DNA of 28,339 bases, taken from NCBI GenBank assembly GCA_041489155.1, contig JBGPQP010000012.1, positions 1-28,339 of the forward strand. The letters are read 5' to 3'. This stretch comes from Candidatus Aenigmatarchaeota archaeon. GTDB lineage: Archaea > Aenigmatarchaeota > Aenigmatarchaeia > QMZP01 > QMZT01. A model generated the notes under the pieces. It ran no database searches. It had not been told where the DNA came from and was given only the letters and a program-made list of their open reading frames with translations. The position numbers and the translations under genes are program-made. Positions 1-9,128 of this stretch are shown in pieces. Each line of letters begins with the position of its first letter. The stretch's first letter is position 1.

Positions 1-33
1 GTATTGATATTCCTTATATATAATTATAATGGT

Positions 34-756
34 TTAAATACGTGTCTTTATCGTCTTCCACTTTTTCTTAGCCAGCTCGTATCTTTCAGGCGTACCGATG
101 TCGAAGAACTTGCCGCTGAAAGCGAAGCCGAACAGCTTCCCCTGGCGTGCGAGCTGCGGGAAAATGTCCCTCTCGAGCATGCAGAACTTGTTTTCCGGGA
201 TCATATTTATGACTTCCGGCTCGACTATCGATAAGCCGGCGTTTATCATGTTCGACGGTGCCTCGCCCTTCTTGGGCTTTTCCACGAATTCGACAATCCT
301 TTCTTCTTTCAGCCTCGCGACGCCGTAATCGCCCGGGTCATCCACTTTCGCGAGCGCGATAGTCACTAGCGCGCGGTTTCTCTTGTGCGCCTCGTACATC
401 TTTCCGATGTCTATGTCCTTCAGCTCGTCGCCGTTGGAAGCGATGAAAGTTTTCGTGAGCATCGCCTCCGCGAGCCTCAGCGGGCCGGCGGTGCCGAGGG
501 GTTTTTCTTCTTCCACGAACGAGAAGTGCATGCCGTATTTCGACCAGTTCTTCTGCTCGGCAATTATTTTTTCCTTCAGGTAGCCGACCGAAACTATAAC
601 ATGCCTCACGCCATACCGCTTCAGCAGGTCGAAGATGTGCTCAACGACGGGTTTGCCGTTGACAGGGACCAGGGATTTGGGCATGGAATAAGTTATAGGC
701 CTGAGCCTCGTGCCTTCGCCTCCGCAGAGAACAATCGCCCTGTCAGGCCCTTTCAT
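34..756 (-). CDS. Sugar-phosphate nucleotidyltransferase (NTP_transferase, mannose-1-P guanylyltransferase-like)
   Basis: AIVLCGGEGTRLRPIT..PKSLVPV signature, EEKPLGTAGPL, NGD, FVEKP, DIGTPERY. Confidence 0.9.
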   Translation of the reverse strand: MKGPDRAIVLCGGEGTRLRPITYSMPKSLVPVNGKPVVEHIFDLLKRYGVRHVIVSVGYLKEKIIAEQKNWSKYGMHFSFVEEEKPLGTAGPLRLAEAMLTKTFIASNGDELKDIDIGKMYEAHKRNRALVTIALAKVDDPGDYGVARLKEERIVEFVEKPKKGEAPSNMINAGLSIVEPEVINMIPENKFCMLERDIFPQLARQGKLFGFAFSGKFFDIGTPERYELAKKKWKTIKTRI

Positions 757-807
757 AGCAAGTAGTATGGGCCGGCGAGATATAAATTTTCCGGGAGTCC
801 TGGATGC

Positions 808-1263
808 TTATTTCCTCGCCTGGAAAATCGTCTCGAGCTCGGCCAGCTTCTTCAGCCGGTTTATGTGGCGCTCCTCGTTGCTGAACTTCGTTTCCAAGAA
901 CGCCTTCACAATCTTCTTCGCCTCAATGTCCGTCGTGAATCTCGCGCCGAGCGTCAGGACGTTCGCGTTGTTGTGCTCTCGGCTCGCCTTCGCCAGGTCG
1001 TGGTTCATGCAGAACGCCGCGCGGATGCCGGGGAACTTGTTTGCGGCAATCGACATGCCTATGCCTGAGCCGCAGATGAGAATCCCGAACTCGAACCCGC
1101 CTAGGACGGCTTCCGCGACCTTCTTGGCATATTCGGGGTAATCGCTTGCTTCCTCAGAATTAGTGCCGAAGTCCTCGAAGTGGTAGCCGTTCGCTGTAAG
1201 AAATTCCTTTATCTTCTCTTTCAATTCAAAACCCGCATGGTCTGAGCCTATCGCAATCTTCAT
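808..1263 (-). CDS. rpiB: Ribose 5-phosphate isomerase B
   Basis: MKIAIGSDHAG, DYP, ICGSGIGMSIAANK, REHNNANVL, RHxxR motifs. Confidence 0.95.
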   Translation of the reverse strand: MKIAIGSDHAGFELKEKIKEFLTANGYHFEDFGTNSEEASDYPEYAKKVAEAVLGGFEFGILICGSGIGMSIAANKFPGIRAAFCMNHDLAKASREHNNANVLTLGARFTTDIEAKKIVKAFLETKFSNEERHINRLKKLAELETIFQARK

Positions 1264-1297
1264 GCTATTTCTTTCGTGGGCCGCTATAAAAATATGA

Positions 1298-1651
1298 TCA
1301 CGGGAATCTCACAAAGGGATTGCCGAATTCAGGGTCTGACTGCAGTTCGATGGTTTCTTTAATCAGACCTGTAATCCTGTTCAAACGCCTTGCATCAATG
1401 ACTATGTGTTCACCCTCTTTTGGCACATGCGGAAATAAAAAACTGCCTTTCTCCAGGTGCAATGCGTATCTTTTACCTAAAATGTCTATGGCCCAGCCGC
1501 TGGCATACTCGTCATGACCATAAAAAATCCCATATACCCTTTTTCCGTTAAATTCAACGTAAGGCGGATTGTTGAACCATTTGCCGCTCAATGTGCCTCC
1601 GCCCTGAACAAATACGTCAGAATCCCTTTTCACCGGAATTTTTACAAGCAT
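1298..1651 (-). CDS. Hypothetical protein (ORFan, lower GC)
   Basis: 117-aa ORF filling the gap between rpiB and rpe; no family recognised. Confidence 0.6.
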   Translation of the reverse strand: MLVKIPVKRDSDVFVQGGGTLSGKWFNNPPYVEFNGKRVYGIFYGHDEYASGWAIDILGKRYALHLEKGSFLFPHVPKEGEHIVIDARRLNRITGLIKETIELQSDPEFGNPFVRFP

Positions 1652-1764
1652 TGAAAATCACAGATTATTATTTCTAATAAAGACAGTTTTTTAAACGGCA
1701 ATTACTCCAGATATAAACGAAGCGCATGAACACAATATTTAAAGCGCGAAGCCAAAAACTCAAA

Positions 1765-2445
1765 ATGGTCAAGATAGCGCCTTCCATCCTTTCAGCCGAT
1801 TTCAGCTGCCTGGACAGGGAACTGGCAAAGGTGAAGGAGGCAGAATGGATACACGTGGACGTGATGGACGGCCGCTTCGTCAACAACATAACCATAGGCC
1901 CGCTTATAGTCAGGGCACTGCGCAGGATAACGAAGCAATTCCTCGACGTCCACCTGATGATAGAGGAGCCTGAAAAATACGTTGAAGCCTTCGCAAAAGC
2001 GGGCGCCGACCTGATAACCGTCCATGCAGAGGCGTGCAAAAACTTAGATGCCGTGATCGCACTCATAAGGAAAAACAAGTGCAAGGCCGGCATTTCGATA
2101 AAGCCCGCGACCGACGTGCGGGCGATCGAGAACGTGCTGGCGAACGTCGACCTGGTGCTGGTGATGACGGTCGAGCCGGGCTTCGGCGGGCAGCAGTTCA
2201 TGAACCATGTTCTCACGAAAGTGACCAAACTGAAAGAAATCGCGCGCGACAGAAAGCTTCGCTTCGAGATCGAAGTGGACGGCGGCATAGGGCCTGACAA
2301 CTGCGAAAGCGTCGCCGCCGCTGGCGCCGACATCCTGGTTGCCGGCTCTGCGGTATTCGGCAGCGACGACCCGGCAAAGCGCGTGAGGGAGATAAGGGAG
2401 CGCGCGAACCGTGCAGGCAAAGTTTTAAAGCGAGGGGCAGAATAA
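1765..2445 (+). CDS. rpe: Ribulose-phosphate 3-epimerase
   Basis: IAPSILSADF, HVDVMDG, DVHLMI, MTVEPGFGGQ, EVDGG, VAGSAVF; start moved to ATG 1765 because TTTAAA lies at 1738-1743. Confidence 0.96.
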   Translation: MVKIAPSILSADFSCLDRELAKVKEAEWIHVDVMDGRFVNNITIGPLIVRALRRITKQFLDVHLMIEEPEKYVEAFAKAGADLITVHAEACKNLDAVIALIRKNKCKAGISIKPATDVRAIENVLANVDLVLVMTVEPGFGGQQFMNHVLTKVTKLKEIARDRKLRFEIEVDGGIGPDNCESVAAAGADILVAGSAVFGSDDPAKRVREIRERANRAGKVLKRGAE

Positions 2446-2473
2446 GATATTAAAAAGTGCGAATGGTGATGAT

Positions 2474-3295
2474 ATGGAAATATATGTTGATTCCGCGGAT
2501 ATAGACGAGATAAGGGAAGCGAAGGAGCACGGCCTCTGCGAGGGCGTCACGACGAACCCTTCGCTGATAAAGAGGGCGGTCGAAAAGCTAAAGGCCGGCG
2601 GCAAGGAAGTGAAGATGGAAGAATACATAAAGATGCTCTGCGAAACCACCGGCAAGGGATGCCCTGTAAGCCTCGAGGTCGTGAGCCTGAATGCGGGGGA
2701 CATGGTCAGGGAAGCGGAAACGCTTTACAGGAAGTTCAACAGCGTTGCAGGCAACGTGGTGATCAAGATCCCCGTGAGCACCTCGACCCATGATCAGGAA
2801 AAGCATTACGAGGGGCTCAAGGCGATAGGCATGCTTGCCAGGAAGAACATTCCAGTGAACGCGACGCTCATAATGACGCCGGAGCAGTCGCTTCTCGCTG
2901 CGAGGGCGGGAGCGAAATACGTCAGCCCTTTCGCTGGCAGGGTGGACGACTGGATAAGGAAGAAGCTCGGCGTGCACTTCGGCAAGAACGATTACTTCCC
3001 GGAGCACGGGCTGGTAAGCGACGGAAAGACCATCGATGACAACGGCATAGCCAGCGGCGTCGATCTTGTAAAAAGGACGAAAGTCATATTTGAAAAATAC
3101 GGCATAAAGGCGAAGATCATCGCCGCCTCCCTGAGGAACGCGAGGCAGGTGAGGGAAGTCGCCGAGACAGGGGCAGACATTGCAACCATCCCCTTCGAAG
3201 TCCTCGGGAACATGATAAAGCACCCGAAGACATTGGAAGGGATCGTCAAGTTCTCTGAAGACGTGGTGCCGGAGTATAAGGAATTGTTCGGGTGA
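2474..3295 (+). CDS. tal: Transaldolase (TalC/FSA fold; residues of the transaldolase type)
   Basis: GVTTNPSLI, VIKIP Schiff-base Lys, NATL, AASLR; PVSLE (Glu) and YVSPF (Phe) favour transaldolase over FSA. Confidence 0.9.
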   Translation: MEIYVDSADIDEIREAKEHGLCEGVTTNPSLIKRAVEKLKAGGKEVKMEEYIKMLCETTGKGCPVSLEVVSLNAGDMVREAETLYRKFNSVAGNVVIKIPVSTSTHDQEKHYEGLKAIGMLARKNIPVNATLIMTPEQSLLAARAGAKYVSPFAGRVDDWIRKKLGVHFGKNDYFPEHGLVSDGKTIDDNGIASGVDLVKRTKVIFEKYGIKAKIIAASLRNARQVREVAETGADIATIPFEVLGNMIKHPKTLEGIVKFSEDVVPEYKELFG

Positions 3296-3299
3296 CTGC

Positions 3300-4592
3300 A
3301 TGGACGTTTCTATCATCGGGACAGGCTACGTAGGCCTTACGACAGGAGTTGGCTTCGCCGTCCGGGGCAACAGCGTAATCTGCGTCGACATTGACAAACA
3401 CAAGGTCGGACAGATAAACAGCGGCCTTTCGCCTATCTACGAGCCGTACCTCGACGAATACCTGAAAAAAGTCCTTAAAGAAAAAAAGTTCGTTGCAACC
3501 ACCGATCTCAGGGACGCTATCTCGAAGACGAGCATCAGCTTCATTTCCGTCGGAACGCCTTCGCGCGACGACGGCTCCATCGACCTGAAATACATCGCCT
3601 CCACCTCGAAACAAATAGGCGAGGTGCTGAAAAAGAAGGAAGCCTACCATGTCATTGTCGTCAAATCGACGGTCGTGCCTGGCACGACAGAAGAGGTCGT
3701 GCAGAAAAATCTCGAGCGTTATTCTGGCAAGAAGGCCGGAAAGGATTTTGGCCTGTGCACGAACCCGGAGTTCCTGCGCGAGGGGAAGGCGATGCAGGAC
3801 TTCCTAAGCCCTGACCGTGTCGTGATAGGAGCGATAGACAAGAAGTCGGGCGATGTCGTTGAAAAGCTTTACGCCGGCTTCAAGGCCCAAGTTATCAGGA
3901 CGAACATAAAAACCGCGGAGATGATAAAGTACGCGAGCAACGCATTCCTCGCCATGAAGGTTTCCTACACCAACGAAATCGGCAACATCTGCAAGAGACT
4001 CGGCATAGATGTCAACGAAGTGATGAAAGGCGTCGGGACGGACATAAGGATTTCGCCGCATTTCCTCAATGCAGGCTGCGGCTACGGCGGATCATGCTTC
4101 CCGAAAGATGTCGAAGCCCTGATACACAGAGCGAAGGAGCTGGGCTATGAGCCTAAGCTGCTCGAAGAGGTGCACGAGCTTAACAAGAGACAGAAAGTCA
4201 GGCTCGTCGAGCAGCTCGAGAAAAAGGTCGGCGGCCTGAGGAACAAGAAAATCTGCGTTCTCGGACTCGCCTTCAAGCCGGATTCTGACGACATCCGCGA
4301 GGCTTCATCCATCGCGATAATCTCAAGGCTGCTGGAAAGGGGAGCGAGGGTCAAAGCGTATGACCCGAAGGCCAGCGAGCACATGAAGAAGCTCTTCCCG
4401 AAAGTCGAGTATGCCAAGAGCGCGAAGGACGCGATAGCGGACAGCGACGCGTGCCTCGTCGTGACGGAATGGGACGAGTTCAAACGCCTTACCGACGCGG
4501 ATTTCGCCAAAATGAAAGGCAGGACGATCCTAGAGGGACGACGTATTCTGGACAGGGCGAAGGTCACGAAGTTCGAGGGCATCTGCTGGTAG
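3300..4592 (+). CDS. UDP-glucose/GDP-mannose dehydrogenase family protein
   Basis: IIGTGYVGL Rossmann motif, VGTP, KSTVVPGT, NPEFLREG, GYGGSCFPKD, GLAFKPDSDDIRE. Confidence 0.95.
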   Translation: MDVSIIGTGYVGLTTGVGFAVRGNSVICVDIDKHKVGQINSGLSPIYEPYLDEYLKKVLKEKKFVATTDLRDAISKTSISFISVGTPSRDDGSIDLKYIASTSKQIGEVLKKKEAYHVIVVKSTVVPGTTEEVVQKNLERYSGKKAGKDFGLCTNPEFLREGKAMQDFLSPDRVVIGAIDKKSGDVVEKLYAGFKAQVIRTNIKTAEMIKYASNAFLAMKVSYTNEIGNICKRLGIDVNEVMKGVGTDIRISPHFLNAGCGYGGSCFPKDVEALIHRAKELGYEPKLLEEVHELNKRQKVRLVEQLEKKVGGLRNKKICVLGLAFKPDSDDIREASSIAIISRLLERGARVKAYDPKASEHMKKLFPKVEYAKSAKDAIADSDACLVVTEWDEFKRLTDADFAKMKGRTILEGRRILDRAKVTKFEGICW

Positions 4593-4647
4593 CCTCTGCA
4601 GGCAGGGGACAGTATTGATTTTAATTTTTTGCTGCTTCGTTATTCTA

Positions 4648-5160
4648 ATGAGTCTTGCATACGACCTCACGATGAAAGGCCCCGTAGGCCTTTATAACAG
4701 ATATTTCAGAACAGAGAAATACTGCAAAAAATGGCTAGACTCAGGAAGGGACATTCACAGCCTTGAAAACAGAATCAAAAAGGACAGGGATGTCATAAGG
4801 GGTATCACGCTTCCAGTAGCCGGTGTGCTGATTGCTAACAGTTACCGGGTATCTAACAAAGATAAAATCCAGAAAATTCTGGGTCACTTTTCCAAAGGTT
4901 ACGCAACTTCAGAATTCGGACAGATGGCAGCAGATGGTCTCGTGAAAAACAAATTTCTGAAATACCTTTCAGGCCTCGGCCTTGGCTTCGGCGGCTCATT
5001 GGCAACCGAAACTCTGCAGAGGAAGGATATTCTGCCGGGAGTTTTCGATGAATTTGACATCATGATGGAAATGTTTGGCGCTTATTTCGCAACGACCCTT
5101 GAAAGATTCTTTGACGTTAGGCTGAATAATGTGCTAGATGCGCAACAAAAAGAAAAATGA
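4648..5160 (+). CDS. Hypothetical membrane-associated protein with a weak VanZ-like C-terminal motif
   Basis: GHF...ETLQ...PGVFDEFDI....GA pattern; lower GC; start set to the first ATG after the T-rich box. Confidence 0.6.
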   Translation: MSLAYDLTMKGPVGLYNRYFRTEKYCKKWLDSGRDIHSLENRIKKDRDVIRGITLPVAGVLIANSYRVSNKDKIQKILGHFSKGYATSEFGQMAADGLVKNKFLKYLSGLGLGFGGSLATETLQRKDILPGVFDEFDIMMEMFGAYFATTLERFFDVRLNNVLDAQQKEK

Positions 5161-5183
5161 AGGCCTATAAAAACAATAGGCCT
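5161..5183. terminator. Hairpin between convergent genes (possible bidirectional terminator)
   Basis: AGGCCTAT-N7-ATAGGCCT, a perfect 8-bp stem just after the stop at 5160 and 12 nt from the MC1 stop. Confidence 0.45.
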
Positions 5184-5195
5184 GTGAAATCAAAC

Positions 5196-5483
5196 TTAAA
5201 TCTTGTTGACCTTTTCGATTCCGACTTTCTTTACGAATGCTTTCTTGATTCTCGCCGGAAGCCACTCAGGTCTCTTCTCAGGGGCGTCCACAACCCTCAC
5301 GCTTCCCCTGAAGACGTGTATGGTGTAGGTCCTGTCCTTGTTTCTCCTTCCCCTCTCGCGGAGTCGGATGTCTGCTATCCCCCTCGCGGCTGCCTTGAGG
5401 GCTGCCTGTCTGGGAGACCTTCCTGTAAACACTGAAACTTTGCTGCCCTTCTTGAGAAGATAGTACTTCTTTCTCGAAGCCAT
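5196..5483 (-). CDS. Non-histone chromosomal protein MC1
   Basis: VFTGRSPRQAALKAA, IRLRERG, IHVF, DAPEKRPEWLP..IKKAFVKK match the Methanosarcina MC1 pattern; GGAGGTG RBS. Confidence 0.92.
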   Translation of the reverse strand: MASRKKYYLLKKGSKVSVFTGRSPRQAALKAAARGIADIRLRERGRRNKDRTYTIHVFRGSVRVVDAPEKRPEWLPARIKKAFVKKVGIEKVNKI

Positions 5484-5636
5484 CCCGACACCTCCAATTT
5501 GAAAATCCCTTTGCGTGTATGTGTTTTCTGATTAAATTATGGAGGGGGTATTTAAATGTTTATGCTCAAAACCGCTTGATATGGGTTATATAACAGCGTT
5601 ATAAAGCGTTTTAAATCACCATGCCAACACTAACGC

Positions 5637-6170
5637 ATGCAGGTGCAGCAGCAGAATTGCGGGTCACAGGGGAACAGTAGAGATAAACATGACAAATACA
5701 TGCGACATCATCACAAATATGTGGGGACAGAAGAGATTCCTCCCGTTCCGCCCTTCAAAGGCATTCCATCGGACCTGGCCTTTCAGGCATGCAGGTACCA
5801 AGAACATCCTGCCACATTTGACTGGTTGGCCGATTTTTGCAATAGATACGAAAAGAGGCTCGACAGGATAAGCGTACTTTATCGCAGGGTTCACAGGCTG
5901 TACAGCGGGCGGCTTGAAGAGCTGAGCAATGCGCTCGACAATAAAGTCAAGGCAATGAAAGGCGAAATGACAAAAGATGAGGAAAATGTCATCGTGGGTG
6001 TTGTGAATCATGCAAAAAACGTTGAAGGAGGGCTTGAGATGATGACGAACGTCATCGCACAGCCTCAGATGGCCCTGAATGATTACTGGCGCATATTTGC
6101 TTTCAACTCGATAGGCAACGCTTGGCTGCATATGAAAAAGATGTCTGAAGAGCTGAATGGTCTGGGCTGA
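5637..6170 (+). CDS. Hypothetical protein (ORFan, helical)
   Basis: 177-aa ORF with TTTTAAA at 5609-5615, 21 nt before ATG. Confidence 0.65.
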   Translation: MQVQQQNCGSQGNSRDKHDKYMRHHHKYVGTEEIPPVPPFKGIPSDLAFQACRYQEHPATFDWLADFCNRYEKRLDRISVLYRRVHRLYSGRLEELSNALDNKVKAMKGEMTKDEENVIVGVVNHAKNVEGGLEMMTNVIAQPQMALNDYWRIFAFNSIGNAWLHMKKMSEELNGLG

Positions 6171-6200
6171 TTTTTATTCAGCCTAGGACAACTATTTATT

Positions 6201-6881
6201 ATGGAAATAGACTGGGTAATAGGGATAATGGTATTTCTGGTGTTTATCGGCTGGGCCTTCACCTACTACTTCGCCATATTCCAGCAGAGCGACATGCAGT
6301 TCGAAATCGCGGCAGGCGTCGAGAGGGACAAGGTCATGAATTTCATTTCCGCCGGTGTTTACGAGGCGCCGGTCATATACGAATCCGGCGAAGCTGTTTC
6401 CGGCGCGGTCCTCAAGGCGAAATCCGTGTGGTACTCGGGCGAGAAAAATGCGACGAAAGTTTTTTCGGGCAGCGAGGCGCTTCCCTGCAGGATAGACGAC
6501 GATGACCTCTACTGGCAGGCGGACGTCGCCAGCGGGACGAACGTCTTCGCGATAGTCGTCGCCGACGTGAACACCACCATGAACTGCACCGCGTCCTTCG
6601 CTATAACCTCATCAAACCTCACGATACCGTGGGCCTTCGAGAAGAAAACGATGGCCTCGCTGGCAAGGCTTCAGCAGATGAACGGGACGGGTTATGACGC
6701 GTTCAAAAATGCGCTCAGCATCAACCAGAACTTCAGGATAAAAATCGAAAAGGCGTCCGGGGACATGATCTACGGGAAATCCATTCCTTTAGGTCCGGTA
6801 AACGTTCACTCGAAAGAATTCGGAAGAAGGATTTTCGAAACTTCGGAGCAGGCGAACATAACCATTTACGTCTGGGCATGA
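6201..6881 (+). CDS. Pilin-associated secreted/membrane-anchored protein
   Basis: N-terminal hydrophobic helix (IDWVIGIMVFLVFIGWAF), several N-x-S/T sequons, ends ...ITIYVWA like the next gene; first of a tightly packed cluster. Confidence 0.7.
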   Translation: MEIDWVIGIMVFLVFIGWAFTYYFAIFQQSDMQFEIAAGVERDKVMNFISAGVYEAPVIYESGEAVSGAVLKAKSVWYSGEKNATKVFSGSEALPCRIDDDDLYWQADVASGTNVFAIVVADVNTTMNCTASFAITSSNLTIPWAFEKKTMASLARLQQMNGTGYDAFKNALSINQNFRIKIEKASGDMIYGKSIPLGPVNVHSKEFGRRIFETSEQANITIYVWA

Positions 6882-6888
6882 GGTGTGC

Positions 6889-7257
6889 ATGATGAAAGGC
6901 TTTTGGAGGCTGATGGAAAGCGTGATGGCGGTCATCCTCGTCATGGTCTTCCTTGCCTCGGCCGGGAGCGTATACGTCGCCAAGCCTCCGGAAACAGGGG
7001 TGACGGCAAGAGGGCAAGAAATGCTCAGGGAACTTGACACCAGGGATGAGCTCCGTCCCCTCGCTGCCTCGGGCGATTACTCGGCCATAGAATCCATGAT
7101 AGACCTGCCAGGATACGACCATACAGTACAAATATGCGATTTCACCGGCAACTGCACCGGAACTTATCCGGAAGCCAGGAATGTGATGGTTTCCAGCTAC
7201 ATAATCTCAGGCTATGATGAATACGGACCGCTTGAAATCAAGCTTTACATATGGTGA
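6889..7257 (+). CDS. Type IV pilin-like protein (class III signal peptide)
   Basis: MKG^FWRLMESVMAVILVMVFL; GAGGTG RBS; ends IKLYIW. Confidence 0.75.
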   Translation: MMKGFWRLMESVMAVILVMVFLASAGSVYVAKPPETGVTARGQEMLRELDTRDELRPLAASGDYSAIESMIDLPGYDHTVQICDFTGNCTGTYPEARNVMVSSYIISGYDEYGPLEIKLYIW

Positions 7258-7261
7258 CGGC

Positions 7262-7840
7262 ATGAAAAACCAGAAAATATGGAAAAGGAAGATGAAAGGC
7301 CAGTTCTTCCTGCTGACCGCGTCTTTCTTAATCATAATTTTATACCTTGGCATCTCGGTTTACCTGACGCCTTCCTTCAGCGCCGGTGCCGGGAGCGACC
7401 TCTCCGATTTTTTCAGCAACATCAGGGATGAATACCCGAGGGCCTTCAACTTCGGCCTTGAGGCAGCGAACCCGGCCACGACGCTCGCGGATTTCAGCCG
7501 CATCGCGCTCAACGCGACAAACGAGAGGAAAGCGAATCTCCACGCGCTCTGGATAATGACGCAGAACGATAGCGACGACCTGAACGTCACGGTGGGGAAC
7601 TCTTTCGGCCAGGAGCTCAACGTCACGCTTAACGTCTCGGGCGACGCGAAGGTTCTGAGGGTCGCGGAAGGCGGTGTGAATTCCACGCTTTTCAGTTCGC
7701 CGCCATCCGAATTCCAGCTTCGGGCAAGCTTTAATACGACGGAAAAGAATGTATTATTAGAGAAATACAAAGCGAGCCTTTACGTGATTCTTGAAATTAC
7801 TAAGGGCAGCAACAGGATAGCGGGTGAAACCAAGGCATGA
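7262..7840 (+). CDS. Type IV pilin-like protein (class III signal peptide)
   Basis: KRKMKG^QFFLLTASFLIIILYL; many N-x-S/T sequons; GGTGA RBS. Confidence 0.78.
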   Translation: MKNQKIWKRKMKGQFFLLTASFLIIILYLGISVYLTPSFSAGAGSDLSDFFSNIRDEYPRAFNFGLEAANPATTLADFSRIALNATNERKANLHALWIMTQNDSDDLNVTVGNSFGQELNVTLNVSGDAKVLRVAEGGVNSTLFSSPPSEFQLRASFNTTEKNVLLEKYKASLYVILEITKGSNRIAGETKA

Positions 7841-8547
7841 AGGGACTGAGCCTGATTTCTGGCGTGTTATTCATGGCTTTCCTAATAGCAGCTACAGGGA
7901 TAGTCTACTGGACGGCCGTCCCGACGCTGCAGAAGGTGCAATGCTCGATGGTGATGGACAAGATGAAATCATCGTTCGTTTCGCTGGACGAGGTCATACA
8001 GAAAGTCGCCGCCGAGGGCGAGGGCTCGAAAAGGACCATAAGCCTCAACATAGATGAGGGCGAGATACATTTTGACGGCGACAACGAAACCATCTACTGG
8101 GAATACGAATGCAGCACGCCCATAATTTCCCCGAGGACATTCCAGACCTTCGGCAACGTGATATTCGGTGCGAACCTGGACGCGAAGGCTTACGAAGGCG
8201 TGTGCCTGGGCCAAGCGGCTTTCATACTCGAGAACGAGCACCTGATAGCCTGCCTGAAAAAAATCGGCTCGGAGGGCAACAACACCAGGTACAACATCTC
8301 CGAAGTCCTGCTGTCGCTTTACCAGAAGGACACCGGCCAGACGCTTCCGCTGGAATACCTAGAAATCACGCTTGACAACAACCAGACCTCTTCGACGGGC
8401 GTGGGGTACACGCATCTTTCGAAGACGGGCTATCATCTTCCCTACGGCGAAGTCACCGCATACATGGAATCGGATTACGGCATAACTTACAGCGTAAAGT
8501 TAATACTTGAATCCGGCGAGGATTTCCTTACGATAAAGGGTGAATAG
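7837..8547 (+). CDS. Type IV pilin-like protein (class III signal peptide)
   Basis: MKG^LSLISGVLFMAFLIAATGIVY, followed by a V..EGEGSKRTISL segment; ATGA overlap with the previous gene. Confidence 0.78.
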   Translation: MKGLSLISGVLFMAFLIAATGIVYWTAVPTLQKVQCSMVMDKMKSSFVSLDEVIQKVAAEGEGSKRTISLNIDEGEIHFDGDNETIYWEYECSTPIISPRTFQTFGNVIFGANLDAKAYEGVCLGQAAFILENEHLIACLKKIGSEGNNTRYNISEVLLSLYQKDTGQTLPLEYLEITLDNNQTSSTGVGYTHLSKTGYHLPYGEVTAYMESDYGITYSVKLILESGEDFLTIKGE

Positions 8548-8549
8548 AG

Positions 8550-9065
8550 ATGCATGGAAAGAAACCTGTGAAAGGCGCTTCGCAGATAATCTCGACCATA
8601 CTGCTGATAGGCATAGTCGTGCTCATGGCAGCGGTGATCGGGCCGTGGGTATTGAACCTCGCGACCACCGCTTCGCAGGGAGCGGGCAACGACGTGAACC
8701 AGGATCTCATCTGCCGGGGAACTGCATACGCGTTCGACAGCGACTACGGCAATTCGGGCGTCTCCTGGAGCTTCAACGACACGAACGGGACCATGAGCGT
8801 GAAAGTCATGAACACGGGCACGCAGAACCTGTACAACTTTTCCCTAGAGCTGACGCTGCAGACGGCGACGGGCACGAAGCTCATAATCTATCCGGACGTC
8901 AACATAACGTCAGAGACCCAGAAGACGAAAACCAACCCCCTGAAGCCCGGCTACGACTGGATAATCGACGCGGACGTCGGCAACATAAACAGCACGTGGT
9001 CCCTCATAAAGGTGAAGGTAATAAATGATGTCTGCCCGCGCGTCTCGCCGTCTGTCGAGCTCTAG
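8550..9065 (+). CDS. Archaeal type IV pilin (class III signal peptide)
   Basis: KKPVKG^ASQIISTILLIGIVVLMAAVI, Cys pair, VKVMNTG..NL and LKPG motifs typical of archaeal pilins. Confidence 0.85.
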   Translation: MHGKKPVKGASQIISTILLIGIVVLMAAVIGPWVLNLATTASQGAGNDVNQDLICRGTAYAFDSDYGNSGVSWSFNDTNGTMSVKVMNTGTQNLYNFSLELTLQTATGTKLIIYPDVNITSETQKTKTNPLKPGYDWIIDADVGNINSTWSLIKVKVINDVCPRVSPSVEL

Positions 9066-9128
9066 CGCATGCGGCTTTCAAAATTTATATGCCGAGCGCC
9101 AATATCTTAATATCCAGACGTGATTGGA

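Noticed and set aside
1726..1764. N-terminal extension of Rpe (MNTIFKAR) resembling the RpiB C-terminus (ETIFQAR)
   Set aside because: Opposite strand, poor nucleotide match, and the stretch is the rpe TATA region; treated as coincidence.
6171..6200. In-frame GQ upstream of the 6201 gene suggesting a lost class III signal peptide
   Set aside because: No start codon or basic residue before it, and the stretch fits promoter spacing.
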